A DNA stretch of 64,000 nucleotides from Candidatus Latescibacterota bacterium (lineage in GTDB: Bacteria; Latescibacterota; UBA2968; GCA-2709665), in the NCBI GenBank assembly GCA_965116875.1, contig OZ220733.1:4960001-5024000 (forward strand), written 5' to 3'. Below, piece by piece: positions 29,080-39,522 of this stretch; position 1 is the first letter of the stretch, and each line of letters starts with the position of its first letter. Both the position numbers and the translations under genes were made by a program. A model generated the notes under the pieces. That model searched no databases, was not told the origin of the DNA, and saw only the letters and a list, made by a program, of their open reading frames with translations.

Positions 29080-30483
29080 ATGGGAAAGAGTCTGTTTTAC
29101 AAGGTGTGGGACGCCCACGCCGTTCGCGAGCTTCCGTCGGGGCAGACCCAACTCTTTATCGGACTGCATCTCATTCATGAGGTTACCAGCCCCCAGGCGT
29201 TTCAGATGATGCGCGAACGCGGCCTCAAGGTCGCATATCCGGAACGCACCTATGCCACGGTAGACCACATTGTCCCCACCGATATACGCACCCGTCCACT
29301 GATGGACGCCATGGCCGAGGAGATGCTCGGCGCGATCGAGGATAACACGCGGGAGTTCGATATCCCGCTGTTCAACCTTCACGATGACCGACAGGGCATC
29401 GTACATATCATCGGACCGGAACTTGGACTCACGCAGCCCGGCATGACCATCGCCTGCGGTGACAGTCACACGTCGACGCACGGAGCATTCGGCGCCATCG
29501 CCTTCGGCATCGGGACGTCCCAGGTGCGGGACGTTCTGGCCACCCAGTGCCTCGCCCTGCACCCGCTCAGGGTCCGGCGAATCGAGGTGACCGGCAGCCT
29601 CTCCAGAGGCGTTTTCGCGAAAGACGTCATACTCAACATCATCCGTCGTCTCGGCGTCAAGGGGGGCGTCGGTTACGCTTATGAATACGGCGGGCCGGTC
29701 GTAGACGGATTGAGTATGGAAGAACGCATGTCCATCTGCAATATGTCCATTGAAGGCGGGGCGCGCGCGGGATACGTCAATCCGGACCAGACCACGTTCG
29801 ACTATCTCCGGGGCCGGGCGCACTCGCCCTCCGGTGGCGGGTTCGAACGGGCCGTGGACTGGTGGAAGTCCATGGCCTCGGATTCCGATGCCCACTACGA
29901 CGATGTTTTCGAGCTGGACGGGTCCGGGATCGAGCCGACCGTTACGTGGGGCATTACCCCCGGCCAGGGCGTTTACGTGTCCGAAAAAATCCCTTCGCTG
30001 CGGGATCTTCGCGAAGACGAACGGGACGTCGCCGCCGAAGCCTACGAATACATGGACCTGGACGCCGGTAGCCCGATCGCCGGCACGCCCATTGACGTCG
30101 CGTTCATCGGATCCTGCACCAACGGCCGGATTTCCGACCTCCGGGAAGCCGCCGGCGTCGTGAAGGGAAACCGGGTGTCGGGCAGCGTCAAAGCCCTTGT
30201 GGTACCGGGTTCCGCGGCGGTACGCCGAGACGCGGAAGCCGAAGGCCTGCATGAAATCTTCCGCGAAGCAGGGTTCGAGTGGAGAGACGCCGGCTGTTCC
30301 ATGTGTCTGGCCATGAACCCGGACAAGCTGCAGCACCGCCAGATATGCGCTTCCTCCAGCAACCGGAATTTCAAGGGCCGCCAGGGCAGCCCCACCGGCC
30401 GGACCCTTCTGATGAGTCCCGCGATGGTCGCCGCTGCGGCCGTTTCAGGTGAAGTGACGGACGTACGCGCCATGCTCACGTGA
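29080..30483 (+). CDS. leuC: 3-isopropylmalate dehydratase large subunit
   Basis: [39 protein letters not shown]. Confidence 0.97.
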   Translation: MGKSLFYKVWDAHAVRELPSGQTQLFIGLHLIHEVTSPQAFQMMRERGLKVAYPERTYATVDHIVPTDIRTRPLMDAMAEEMLGAIEDNTREFDIPLFNLHDDRQGIVHIIGPELGLTQPGMTIACGDSHTSTHGAFGAIAFGIGTSQVRDVLATQCLALHPLRVRRIEVTGSLSRGVFAKDVILNIIRRLGVKGGVGYAYEYGGPVVDGLSMEERMSICNMSIEGGARAGYVNPDQTTFDYLRGRAHSPSGGGFERAVDWWKSMASDSDAHYDDVFELDGSGIEPTVTWGITPGQGVYVSEKIPSLRDLREDERDVAAEAYEYMDLDAGSPIAGTPIDVAFIGSCTNGRISDLREAAGVVKGNRVSGSVKALVVPGSAAVRRDAEAEGLHEIFREAGFEWRDAGCSMCLAMNPDKLQHRQICASSSNRNFKGRQGSPTGRTLLMSPAMVAAAAVSGEVTDVRAMLT

Positions 30484-30495
30484 AAGGACCTGTTG

Positions 30496-31092
30496 ATGAA
30501 CGGTACATCCTCCTCGGTGACCCGCGCGGAAGGTCGAGGTATTCCATTGCGGGGCAACGACATCGATACAGACCGCATCATCCCGGCGAGGTATCTGCGC
30601 AACATCACTTTCGAGGGACTGGGGGAATTCGCGTTCGAAGACGACCGGAAGTCCACGGACCACGCCTTCGACGACGACCGGTACCGCGGGGCTTCAATTC
30701 TGGTGGTGAACGCCAACTTCGGATGCGGTTCTTCCCGGGAGCACGCGCCGCAGGCGATTATGCGGTGGGGCATCGGAGCAATCGTCGGCGAGTCGTTCGC
30801 GGAGATATTCCAGGGAAATTGCACGGCAATGGGCCTGCCCTGCGTCACCGCGCCGGCGGGGAGCATTCAGACGCTGATGGATGCCGTTGAATCCGAGCCG
30901 GAAAGCGAAATAACCGTCGACCTGGAATCGAGGACGCTGTCATGCGGAGAACTCGGGTTCGATGTGCGGATCCCCGACGGCGACCGGATTCAACTCCTGG
31001 AAGGGACGTGGGACGCCACAGGGATGCTTCTGGAAGGTCGTGAAACCGTTCGGACCGTCGCACGAAAACTCCCTTATATCTCAGGATTCTAA
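30496..31092 (+). CDS. leuD: 3-isopropylmalate dehydratase small subunit
   Basis: DIDTDRIIPAR, NFGCGSSREHA. Confidence 0.97.
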   Translation: MNGTSSSVTRAEGRGIPLRGNDIDTDRIIPARYLRNITFEGLGEFAFEDDRKSTDHAFDDDRYRGASILVVNANFGCGSSREHAPQAIMRWGIGAIVGESFAEIFQGNCTAMGLPCVTAPAGSIQTLMDAVESEPESEITVDLESRTLSCGELGFDVRIPDGDRIQLLEGTWDATGMLLEGRETVRTVARKLPYISGF

Positions 31093-31109
31093 CCCATTGG
31101 AGGAAGCCT

Positions 31110-32195
31110 TTGTCCTATAAGATCGCAGTCATCCCCGGCGACGGTACGGGTCCGGAAGTTGTGGTGGAAGGCCTGAAATGCATCAACGCAACCGCCGGGA
31201 AATGCGGTTTCGACTTTGAGACCGAGACCTTTGACTTTGGCGGCGAGCGCTATCTCAGAACCGGTGAAACCCTGCCTGACTCCGCCCTTGAAGAGCTGCG
31301 TGGCTTCGACGCCATCTACCTGGGTGCCATTGGCCATCCGGACGTGCGCCCCGGGATCCTGGAGAAGGGTATCCTCCTCAGAACCCGTTTTGAGCTGGAT
31401 CAGTACATCAACCTGCGTCCGGTCAAACTCTATCCCAACGTGGACTGCCCCTTAAAGGACAAGGGACCCGCCGACGTCGATTTTGTCGTCGTGCGGGAAA
31501 ACACCGAGGGCCTCTATTCCGGTGCGGGTGGATTCCTCAAGAAGGGCACCCCCGACGAAGTCGCCGTCCAGGAATCCGTCAACACACGAAAGGGCGTGGA
31601 GCGCTGCCTCAGGTACGCCTTCGAATACACGCGAAGACGCAGCAGGGACAACACCCTCACCCTTTGCGGCAAGACCAACGTGCTCACCTACGCCTTCGAC
31701 CTGTGGGAGCGAACGTTCAACGAAATCGGCGATGCCGAGTATTCCGATGTCAATCGGGACTACGCCCATGTTGACGCCATCACAATGTGGATGGTAAAAA
31801 ACCCTGAGTGGTTCGACGTTATCGTCACCGATAACATGTTTGGCGATATCATCACCGACCTGGGCGCCATGATTCAGGGCGGAATGGGTGTTGCGGCGGG
31901 CGGCAACATCAACCCCGAGGGCGTTTCCATGTTCGAACCCATCGGCGGATCGGCTCCCAAGTATACCGGAATGGGCGTCATCAATCCCGTTGCAGGTATC
32001 GCCGCCGCACAAATGATGCTCGACGTCCTGGGAGAGACCGAAAGCGCCGTCATCCTGGAAAACGCCATCATCCGGGTCGTCGGCACGAAACTCAAGGGCA
32101 TGGGCGCCGGAGAAATGGGCTACAACACCTCGGAAGTAGGCGATCTCATCGCCGACGAGGTCACGCGCGCATCGCATTGGAAAAACAGGGAATGA
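31110..32195 (+). CDS. leuB: 3-isopropylmalate dehydrogenase
   Basis: [34 protein letters not shown]. Confidence 0.93.
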   Translation: MSYKIAVIPGDGTGPEVVVEGLKCINATAGKCGFDFETETFDFGGERYLRTGETLPDSALEELRGFDAIYLGAIGHPDVRPGILEKGILLRTRFELDQYINLRPVKLYPNVDCPLKDKGPADVDFVVVRENTEGLYSGAGGFLKKGTPDEVAVQESVNTRKGVERCLRYAFEYTRRRSRDNTLTLCGKTNVLTYAFDLWERTFNEIGDAEYSDVNRDYAHVDAITMWMVKNPEWFDVIVTDNMFGDIITDLGAMIQGGMGVAAGGNINPEGVSMFEPIGGSAPKYTGMGVINPVAGIAAAQMMLDVLGETESAVILENAIIRVVGTKLKGMGAGEMGYNTSEVGDLIADEVTRASHWKNRE

Positions 32196-32363
32196 CACAC
32201 CTGAATTCTTCAGAAGGGAAGTGGAATCGACCGGGCGGCTGCGACCGCCCGGGCCGCATTGGATCGGCGATTTGCTGATCGCGCGGGCGCGGCCGGCGAG
32301 CCGGTCGAGGCGCGCCTGTTCCGGATTCACCGAATCTCCCACCCAATGCACAAGGAGCTTCTG

Positions 32364-33971
32364 ATGTCCAACCAGGTTCAGATATATGATTCCACCCTCA
32401 GAGACGGCGCGCAGGCCGAAGGGATCGCGTTTTCGCTGGATGACAAGCTCACAATCGCACAGCGACTGGACGCCCTCGGCGTTCAATACATCGAGGGCGG
32501 ATGGCCGAATCCCACGAACCCAAAGGATATGGAGTTTTTCAATCGCATTCGAGAATTCCCGCTGGAGCATGCGAAGGTTTCCGCCTTTGGCAGTACACGC
32601 CGGGCGAACAATCATCCGGAGGACGATGCCATCCTCAATACGCTGCTGCAGGCGGGCACCCGCGTCGTAACGCTCTTCGGCAAGTCCTGGGAACTGCACG
32701 TCACCCACGTCCTTCGAACCACTCGCGAAGAGAACCTGAGGCTCGTTCGGGACTCGGTCGAGTTTATTGCATCGAATGGGCGGGAGGTCGTCTACGACGC
32801 AGAACATTTCTTCGACGGGTACAGGGCCGATCCTCAATACGCCATCGCGACACTCCTGGCCGCACAGGAGGGTGGCGCCGGCATTCTGGTCCTCTGCGAC
32901 ACAAACGGCGGAACGCTGCCGTCGGAACTCAGGGATACCATCGAAGATGTGAAGACAAAGATCGCCGCGCCTTTCGGGATCCACACCCACAACGACGCCG
33001 GCGTCGGCGTCGCCAATGCGCTTGCGGCCGTCGAGCTGGGCGCCATTCAGGTACAGGGGACGTTCAACGGATACGGGGAGCGGTGCGGCAACGCGAACCT
33101 CTGCTCCATTATCCCGAGCCTGGAACTGAAACTCGACAAGTCCAGTATCGGCCCGGAAAAACTCGCGGGACTCATGGACTTCTCCCGTTTTCTCAGCGAA
33201 ATCGCAAACGTCCATCACGATCACCGCCAGCCTTACGTGGGGGAGAGCGCGTTTGCGCACAAGGGCGGCGTTCACATCGATGCCATGGTCAAACAGCCCG
33301 CGACGTACGAACACTGCCGTCCCGAACTGGTGGGCAACGAGCGTCGCTTTCTTTTGTCCGAGCAATCCGGAAGCGCCACCATCGCCGCCAAGCTGAACCA
33401 TCTCCTTCCCGGACTCGACAAGAAACATCCTGCGCTTCAGCGCCTTCTCCGACAGATCAAGCAACTCGAACACGAGGGATACGTCTTTGAAGCTGCGGAA
33501 GCGTCCTTCGAGATTCTGGCGCGGAAAGCGATTGGCGCCATCTCCGATCCATTCCGCCTGATCGGATTCCGCACAATCAACCGGAAGTCGGCTGAAGGAA
33601 CCGAAGTCGAAGCAATCGTCAAGGTCGAGGTGGATGGCCGGGTCTATCACACCGTGGCCGACGGCGACGGTCCGGTGAACGCGCTTGACGCGGCGCTGCG
33701 GCAGGGTCTGGAACCCGTGTACCCGATTCTCAAGGAAGTCCATCTCGAAGACTACAAGGTGCGCGTCCTTTCCACCCGGGACGGCACCGCGGCAAGAGTA
33801 CGCGTGCTCATTGAGTCGTCAGACAGTCATCGGGTCTGGAATACGATCGGCGTGTCCGAGAACATCATTGAAGCCAGCTGGATCGCTCTGGTGGACAGCC
33901 TCACTTACAAGCTGCTCAGAGAGGGCTTTCTGACCGCCAGTGAACCGATCCTGCAGGAAGCGCTCGCATAA
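32364..33971 (+). CDS. cimA: Citramalate synthase
   Basis: DSTLRDGAQAEG, EGGWP, DAEHFFDG, AFAHKGGVH, EAAEASFE. Confidence 0.9.
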   Translation: MSNQVQIYDSTLRDGAQAEGIAFSLDDKLTIAQRLDALGVQYIEGGWPNPTNPKDMEFFNRIREFPLEHAKVSAFGSTRRANNHPEDDAILNTLLQAGTRVVTLFGKSWELHVTHVLRTTREENLRLVRDSVEFIASNGREVVYDAEHFFDGYRADPQYAIATLLAAQEGGAGILVLCDTNGGTLPSELRDTIEDVKTKIAAPFGIHTHNDAGVGVANALAAVELGAIQVQGTFNGYGERCGNANLCSIIPSLELKLDKSSIGPEKLAGLMDFSRFLSEIANVHHDHRQPYVGESAFAHKGGVHIDAMVKQPATYEHCRPELVGNERRFLLSEQSGSATIAAKLNHLLPGLDKKHPALQRLLRQIKQLEHEGYVFEAAEASFEILARKAIGAISDPFRLIGFRTINRKSAEGTEVEAIVKVEVDGRVYHTVADGDGPVNALDAALRQGLEPVYPILKEVHLEDYKVRVLSTRDGTAARVRVLIESSDSHRVWNTIGVSENIIEASWIALVDSLTYKLLREGFLTASEPILQEALA

Positions 33972-34022
33972 CGACCTTCCGACCCGGGCCGAACGGAATC
34001 GGCTCTGTTTCAGGGTTCATAA

Positions 34023-35195
34023 GTGAAAATTACATCACGCAGAATCGAACGCCTTCCACCGTATGTGTTTGCCGACGTCAACGCGCACAAGATGCGCCTG
34101 CGCCGGCAGGGTATGGACATTATCGACCTGGGTATGGGAAACCCGGACCAGCCTACCCCCGCGCATATTGTCGACAAACTCGTCGAAGTTGCCGGTGATC
34201 CGAAGACCCATCGCTATGCGCCCTCTCAGGGCATCGCCGCGTTGCGCGCGGCCATCTGCCGGCATTACAGGCGTCGCTTCGGCGTCGATCTGGACCCGGA
34301 CACGGAAGCCCTCGCCACCATCGGTTCGAAGGAGGGGCTCGCACACATCTGCCTGGCGCTTCTGGACCCGGGCGATCTCGCAATCGTGCCGAATCCCGCG
34401 TATCCGCTGCATCTCTACGGAGTCGCCATTGCAAACGGCAATGTGCTGAGTCTGCCTCTGCGACAGGAAAAAGAGTTCATTCCCGAGATCCAGATGGTGG
34501 CGAGAGAGCTGTGGCCAAAACCGAAGATGATGATCTTCAATTTCCCCAACAACCCGACGACCGCCACGGTAGACCCCGCTTTCTTTGAAGAAATCGTGGA
34601 CTTTGCGCGGAAGCAGGAAATCGTCATCATCCACGACATGGCGTATTCCGACATTGTTTTCGACGGCTACGAGGCGCCCAGCCTGCTACAGGTAAAAGGG
34701 GCCAAGGAAGTGGGCGTGGAATTCTACACGATGTCCAAGACCTACAACATGGCGGGTTGGCGGGTCGGATTCTGTCTTGGCAATCCGGAAGTCATCGAAG
34801 CGTTGAAAACCATCAAGCACTACTACGACTACGGTATCTTTACGCCCATCCAGGTTGCCGCTATCGCCGCTCTGGACGGTCCCCAGGACTGCGTTGCCCA
34901 GGCCGCCGACATCTATCGATCCAGGCGCGACGTTCTGGTGGAGGGACTCAACCGGATCGGCTGGCCCGTGTTCAAACCCAAAGCGTCCATGTTCATCTGG
35001 ACTCAGATTCCCGACAAATACCGCTACCTGGGCTCGATGAAGTTTTCGCTCAAAATGATGGAGGAAGCGGAAGTCGCCGTTTCACCCGGAATCGGTTTCG
35101 GCGACATGGGCGAGGGTTACGTGCGTATTTCCCTCATCGAGAACGAGCACCGAATCCGACAGGCGGTAAGGAACATCAAGCGGGCTTTCTTCTGA
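34023..35195 (+). CDS. alaC: Class I aminotransferase, AlaC-like
   Basis: RLPPYVF, IGSKEG, SKTYNMAGWRVG, YDYGIFTPIQVAAIAAL. Confidence 0.75.
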   Translation: MKITSRRIERLPPYVFADVNAHKMRLRRQGMDIIDLGMGNPDQPTPAHIVDKLVEVAGDPKTHRYAPSQGIAALRAAICRHYRRRFGVDLDPDTEALATIGSKEGLAHICLALLDPGDLAIVPNPAYPLHLYGVAIANGNVLSLPLRQEKEFIPEIQMVARELWPKPKMMIFNFPNNPTTATVDPAFFEEIVDFARKQEIVIIHDMAYSDIVFDGYEAPSLLQVKGAKEVGVEFYTMSKTYNMAGWRVGFCLGNPEVIEALKTIKHYYDYGIFTPIQVAAIAALDGPQDCVAQAADIYRSRRDVLVEGLNRIGWPVFKPKASMFIWTQIPDKYRYLGSMKFSLKMMEEAEVAVSPGIGFGDMGEGYVRISLIENEHRIRQAVRNIKRAFF

Positions 35196-35206
35196 AAGGT
35201 TCGGCT

Positions 35207-36400
35207 TTGAAAGTCACCGAAGGCCGTTGTATCCGCCCCGAAGGCTTTCGCGCATCCGGAGTGGCCTGCGGCCTGAAGCCGGAGGGCCGGGATCTCGCCC
35301 TTATCACGTCGGACAGACCCGCGGCAGCGGCGGGTGTGTTTACCACAAACCGGGTACAGGCGGCGCCGATTCAGCTGAACAGGGAACACCTGGCGGACAA
35401 TACCGCCCAAGCCATTGTCGTCAACAGCAGGAACGCCAATGCCTGCACGGGCGAACGGGGTCTGTCCGATGCCCGGCAGACGGCCCGCGAGGTGGCGCGT
35501 GAGCTCAACGTTGCGGCGGAATACGTGCTTGTCAACTCAACGGGCGTTATCGGCGTACCACTTCCCATGGACAAGATCCGGTCGGGCATCCCCGCGGCGG
35601 TCCGGGATCTTCGCGAAGATGGCTGGGCGGACGCCGCCGCTGCCATGATGACCACCGATACGGTACCGAAGATGGCATCGGTCCGAATGCACCTGGAAGA
35701 ATGCATCGTCACCGTCTGCGGCATCGCGAAGGGTGCTGGCATGATCGCTCCCGACATGGCCACCATGCTCGGATTCGTCGCAACGGACGTTCGAATCGAT
35801 CCGGACCCACTGGAAAAATGCCTTCGAGACGCCGTGGACCGGTCATTCAACTGCATTACGGTGGACGGCGACACGAGTACGAATGACACGGTTCTCCTGC
35901 TGGCCAACGGCGCCGCTTGTGAACGAGCGCTTTCCCCTGGCGAAGTCACGTCATTTCAGGCAGGATTGAACGCCGTCTGCGTCAGTCTGGCCAGACAGAT
36001 CGCCCGTGACGGCGAAGGCGCAACGAAGCTCATCACCATCCGGGTCGACGGAGCCGCGTCCACCGCTGATGCCCGGACCGTGGGGCTTTCCGTGGGCAAC
36101 TCGAAGCTCGTCAAGACCGCCGTCTTCGGCCGGGATCCGAATTGGGGCCGTATTCTCTGCGCAATCGGGTACGCCGGCGTTCCTGTCAATCCGGACGAAA
36201 TCTCCGTTTCGATGGCCGGCATTCCGATTTACGGTCAGGGCCGCGGCCTGCGCTTCGATGCGGACGACGCGATACGGGCATTGTCGGCAAGCGATATCGA
36301 CATCGAAATCAGCCTCGGCCAGGGAAACTGGTCCGCCACAACTTACACGTGCGACCTGACGTACGACTACGTCCGTATCAACGCCGAATACACCACCTGA
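35207..36400 (+). CDS. argJ: Ornithine acetyltransferase / N-acetylglutamate synthase
   Basis: NANACTG, STGVIG, KGAGMIAPDMATML, DTSTND, ARDGEGATK; TTG start chosen. Confidence 0.96.
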   Translation: MKVTEGRCIRPEGFRASGVACGLKPEGRDLALITSDRPAAAAGVFTTNRVQAAPIQLNREHLADNTAQAIVVNSRNANACTGERGLSDARQTAREVARELNVAAEYVLVNSTGVIGVPLPMDKIRSGIPAAVRDLREDGWADAAAAMMTTDTVPKMASVRMHLEECIVTVCGIAKGAGMIAPDMATMLGFVATDVRIDPDPLEKCLRDAVDRSFNCITVDGDTSTNDTVLLLANGAACERALSPGEVTSFQAGLNAVCVSLARQIARDGEGATKLITIRVDGAASTADARTVGLSVGNSKLVKTAVFGRDPNWGRILCAIGYAGVPVNPDEISVSMAGIPIYGQGRGLRFDADDAIRALSASDIDIEISLGQGNWSATTYTCDLTYDYVRINAEYTT

Positions 36401-36486
36401 ATGGACGTATGGCATGACTGCCGTCCAGGAACGAACGGCAGTTCGCGCGAACGCTGTCCACGATATTCCGATACGTCCTGACATCT

Positions 36487-37695
36487 ATGACAATCCATAC
36501 GATGAACAAGGCCGTCCCCACTTTTTCCGATCGCGTGCTCGACGTCGATGAATCGCTTACGGTAGCCACCTTCGCCAGGATGGGGGAACTGAAACGCAGG
36601 GGCGCGGACATCATTTCTCTGGTAGCCGGTGAACCCGATTTCGATACCCCGGCCAATGTCAAGAAAGCCGCGATCCGGGCCATTGACAAGGGATACACGA
36701 AGTACACGGCGCCTGCATCGGGCCTGCCCGAACTCAGACAGGCAATCGCACGAAAGCTGAAGATGGAGAACGATCTGGAATACGACCCGTCCCAGATTGT
36801 TGTTACGTGCGGCGCCAAGCAGGTGATATTCGACGCGGTGGTCGCGCTGATCAACCCAGGAGACGAGGCCATTATCCCCTCCCCGTTCTGGGTCAGCTAT
36901 GCCGATCAGGTCCGGCTGATGGGCGGGCGACCGGTCATATTGCATACATCCGAGGAGACAGGTTACCGGCTGACTCCCCACGCTCTTGCAAATGCCATCA
37001 CGTCGAGGACAAAGATCCTGTTTCTGAACAGCCCTTGCAACCCGACCGGTGAAGTCTACACGCCCGGTGAACTGGGCGCACTTGGGGACGTCATCTCGGA
37101 CGCCGGCATCTTTGTGATTTCAGACGAGATATACGAAAAAATCACCTACGATCCCGCCCGGCACGTCTCCATCGCCGCAGCGCACCCCGGGGCCGGATGC
37201 AGGACCCTCGTTGTCAACGGATTTTCCAAAGCGTACGCGATGACGGGATGGCGTGTGGGCTATGGCGCGGGTCCGCCCGATCTGATGCGGTTGATCGCCA
37301 GAGTACAGAGCCAGGAAACCACCAACACCTGCACCATTTCCCAGGTTGCGGCCATCGAAGCGCTCACGGGAACCCAGGAGACCGTGGAAACCATGCGGGA
37401 CGCATTTCAAGAGCGCCGCGATCTGATCGTTGCGCGCCTGAATCGCATGCCGGGCGTCTCGTGTCGCCTTCCTCAAGGCGCTTTTTACGCATTTCCAAAC
37501 GTGTCCGGTCTGTACGGCGACCGTGTCAGGAACGACGTCGAACTCACGAATTATCTGCTGGACGAGGCCATGACGGGATGCGTTCCCGGCAGCGGTTTCG
37601 GTTCCGGAGACCACCTGCGTTTTTCGTATGCCGCGTCTCTGCCAATGATTCACGAAGCCATGGACCGCGTCGAGGATGCCGTCAGCAGGATTTGA
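36487..37695 (+). CDS. aspC: Aspartate aminotransferase family PLP enzyme
   Basis: GEPDFDTP, NSPCNPTG, SDEIYE, SKAYAMTGWRVGY. Confidence 0.85.
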   Translation: MTIHTMNKAVPTFSDRVLDVDESLTVATFARMGELKRRGADIISLVAGEPDFDTPANVKKAAIRAIDKGYTKYTAPASGLPELRQAIARKLKMENDLEYDPSQIVVTCGAKQVIFDAVVALINPGDEAIIPSPFWVSYADQVRLMGGRPVILHTSEETGYRLTPHALANAITSRTKILFLNSPCNPTGEVYTPGELGALGDVISDAGIFVISDEIYEKITYDPARHVSIAAAHPGAGCRTLVVNGFSKAYAMTGWRVGYGAGPPDLMRLIARVQSQETTNTCTISQVAAIEALTGTQETVETMRDAFQERRDLIVARLNRMPGVSCRLPQGAFYAFPNVSGLYGDRVRNDVELTNYLLDEAMTGCVPGSGFGSGDHLRFSYAASLPMIHEAMDRVEDAVSRI

Positions 37696-37718
37696 ACGCC
37701 CGGAAAGGACAACTGAGC

Positions 37719-38684
37719 ATGAATGGCAAGAAGAAAATCTACCTGGACTTCGAGCGTCCTATTGCTGCCCTGGACAGGAAAATCGAGGAACTCAAGGCGC
37801 GCGCCGAGGCTGAGCCAGGTGAGGTTGAGGGCGAGTTGTCCGCCCTGGAGAAGCGGTTGCAAAAGGTGGAAAAGGACGTTTATGCGGACATGAGCAGGTG
37901 GCAGATATACCAGGTGGCGGGGCACCCACAGCGCCCTCATACGCTCGACTATATCCGATTGATATTCACCGACTTCATGGAACTTCACGGAGACCGGAAT
38001 TATCGGGACGATCCGGCGGTCGTAAGCGGCTTCGCCCGTCTCGACGGACAGCCACTTCTTGTCCTGGGTACGCAAAAGGGGCGCAACACCACGGAAAACA
38101 TCCATCGAAACTTCGGCATGGCGCACCCTGAAGGGTATCGCAAAGCCCTCCGCGTAATGAAACTCGCCGCCAAATTCAAACGACCGGTCCTCTGTCTGAT
38201 CGATACGCCCGGAGCGTATCCCGGCATCGGATCGGAGGAGCGAAGCGTCTCGGAAGCCATCGCCAGGAATCTCTTTGAAATCTCGCGTCTTCCGGTCCCC
38301 ATCATCGTGGTCATTATCGGGGAAGGCGCAAGCGGCGGCGCGCTCGGCATCGGCGTCGGCGACCGAATCCTGATGCTGGAGAACGCGTGGTACTCCGTCA
38401 TCAACCCCCAGTCCTGCTCTCTCATTCTCTGGAGGAACCGCGACAAGAAAGAAGAGGCCGCCGAGGCGTTGAAGATAACCGCACAGGACCTCGTCCCTCT
38501 CGGGATCGTCGATCGAATTGTGCCCGAGCCCTTTGGCGGCGCGCATAGAGATCCGAAGACGGCCGGTCAGAATCTGAAGCGAATCCTGTCGGACGAACTT
38601 CAGAATTTGCTGCGCAAACGACCTGAGGAACTGATCCAGGAGCGCGTTGACAAATTCGGTCGCATGGGCGTCTGGGACGAGTGA
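37719..38684 (+). CDS. accA: Acetyl-CoA carboxylase carboxyltransferase alpha subunit
   Basis: YLDFERPI, HPQRP, NFGMAHPEGYRKA, IDTPGAYPG, GEGASGGALG. Confidence 0.97.
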   Translation: MNGKKKIYLDFERPIAALDRKIEELKARAEAEPGEVEGELSALEKRLQKVEKDVYADMSRWQIYQVAGHPQRPHTLDYIRLIFTDFMELHGDRNYRDDPAVVSGFARLDGQPLLVLGTQKGRNTTENIHRNFGMAHPEGYRKALRVMKLAAKFKRPVLCLIDTPGAYPGIGSEERSVSEAIARNLFEISRLPVPIIVVIIGEGASGGALGIGVGDRILMLENAWYSVINPQSCSLILWRNRDKKEEAAEALKITAQDLVPLGIVDRIVPEPFGGAHRDPKTAGQNLKRILSDELQNLLRKRPEELIQERVDKFGRMGVWDE

Positions 38685-38741
38685 CCCGCCGGCGCCGTCG
38701 CGGCACCCCTTCTGTGACATCGGAACACATATGAAATCAGC

Positions 38742-38774
38742 AAAAAATGGGCCACTGGTTGGCCGCTTTTTTTT
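38742..38774 (+). terminator. Probable terminator after accA
   Basis: A-run, GGCCA/TGGCC stem, T-run. Confidence 0.5.
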
Positions 38775-38990
38775 AAGCACGAAAACCCTGCGCCTCGGGA
38801 ATTCACTAACTTGCTGTTTACGTGGGGGGTTCCGCAATTCGACCGGAAATGGGGAATTTTTCCGGCGAAAAAGGCGCCTCACATACCGCCTCCACACGAA
38901 AAAAAACATTCACAACGTGCAGCCGATTGAGTATCAATATCTTATGTGAAAGTTGCGGGTTTCGCACGTTCTTTTTTATCAAATTACCCC

Positions 38991-39019
38991 TTGACGACTC
39001 CCCGATCGGACTATATATT
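38991..39019 (+). promoter_or_regulatory. Sigma70-like promoter with no clear downstream gene
   Basis: TTGACG-N17-TATATT. Confidence 0.5.
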
Positions 39020-39522
39020 TCAATCGTGCTTGCCAAGAGCCTGTTTGCGCATAAGGCATTGTCTTGGAGCAAGTTACATACTTCGGATCCGTGCGTCTTT
39101 TCCACAGATATTCCCATGCAAAGACGGCCGGATTCGAAGAGGCACCGGGAGATGGCCGAGGTTCGTTTTCACGTTGGGCAGGACCCCGGATCATACCGGT
39201 TCAATTGATTGAAATTGCGCATTTTCGGCGCCAGATTCTCAGGCGTTCATTGCATGAATGGGCGGCATGGCCGTTTCCGGGATTCGCTTCAGCACCTGAT
39301 CCAGCCTGGGGGAAGTTGAAAGCATCGGCTCTTTGGTTGGCGGCAGTCTTATTGGGGGAGATAATACTGCCGGCTATACCTACTCAATCAGAACTGCTGC
39401 TTTTCTTCCAATGCATCGTGGCTCAGTGCTGATTCGGCATTCCTGGACGGCTATCCGCCCATTTTAGCATGGTCAGTTCAACCCTCCACCCAACACCCGC
39501 CGCGACGGTTCCTTTCGCTTCG

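Noticed and set aside
28516-33743. Long antisense ORFs (28516..30336, 31452..33743 and similar ones elsewhere)
   Set aside because: Shadow frames of well-supported genes in GC-rich DNA, with no recognisable motifs.
34757-35206. Long N-terminal extension of ArgJ (likewise AccA from 37197 and TruA from 42069)
   Set aside because: They overlap upstream genes or promoters; downstream starts match family N-termini.
38925-39070. dif-like half sites (TTATGTGAAAG and TTTGCGCATAA)
   Set aside because: The halves are about 100 bp apart and neither has a partner arm at 6-bp spacing.
38690-39520. Possible oriC
   Set aside because: Only one good DnaA box, and no dnaA or other origin-linked genes nearby.
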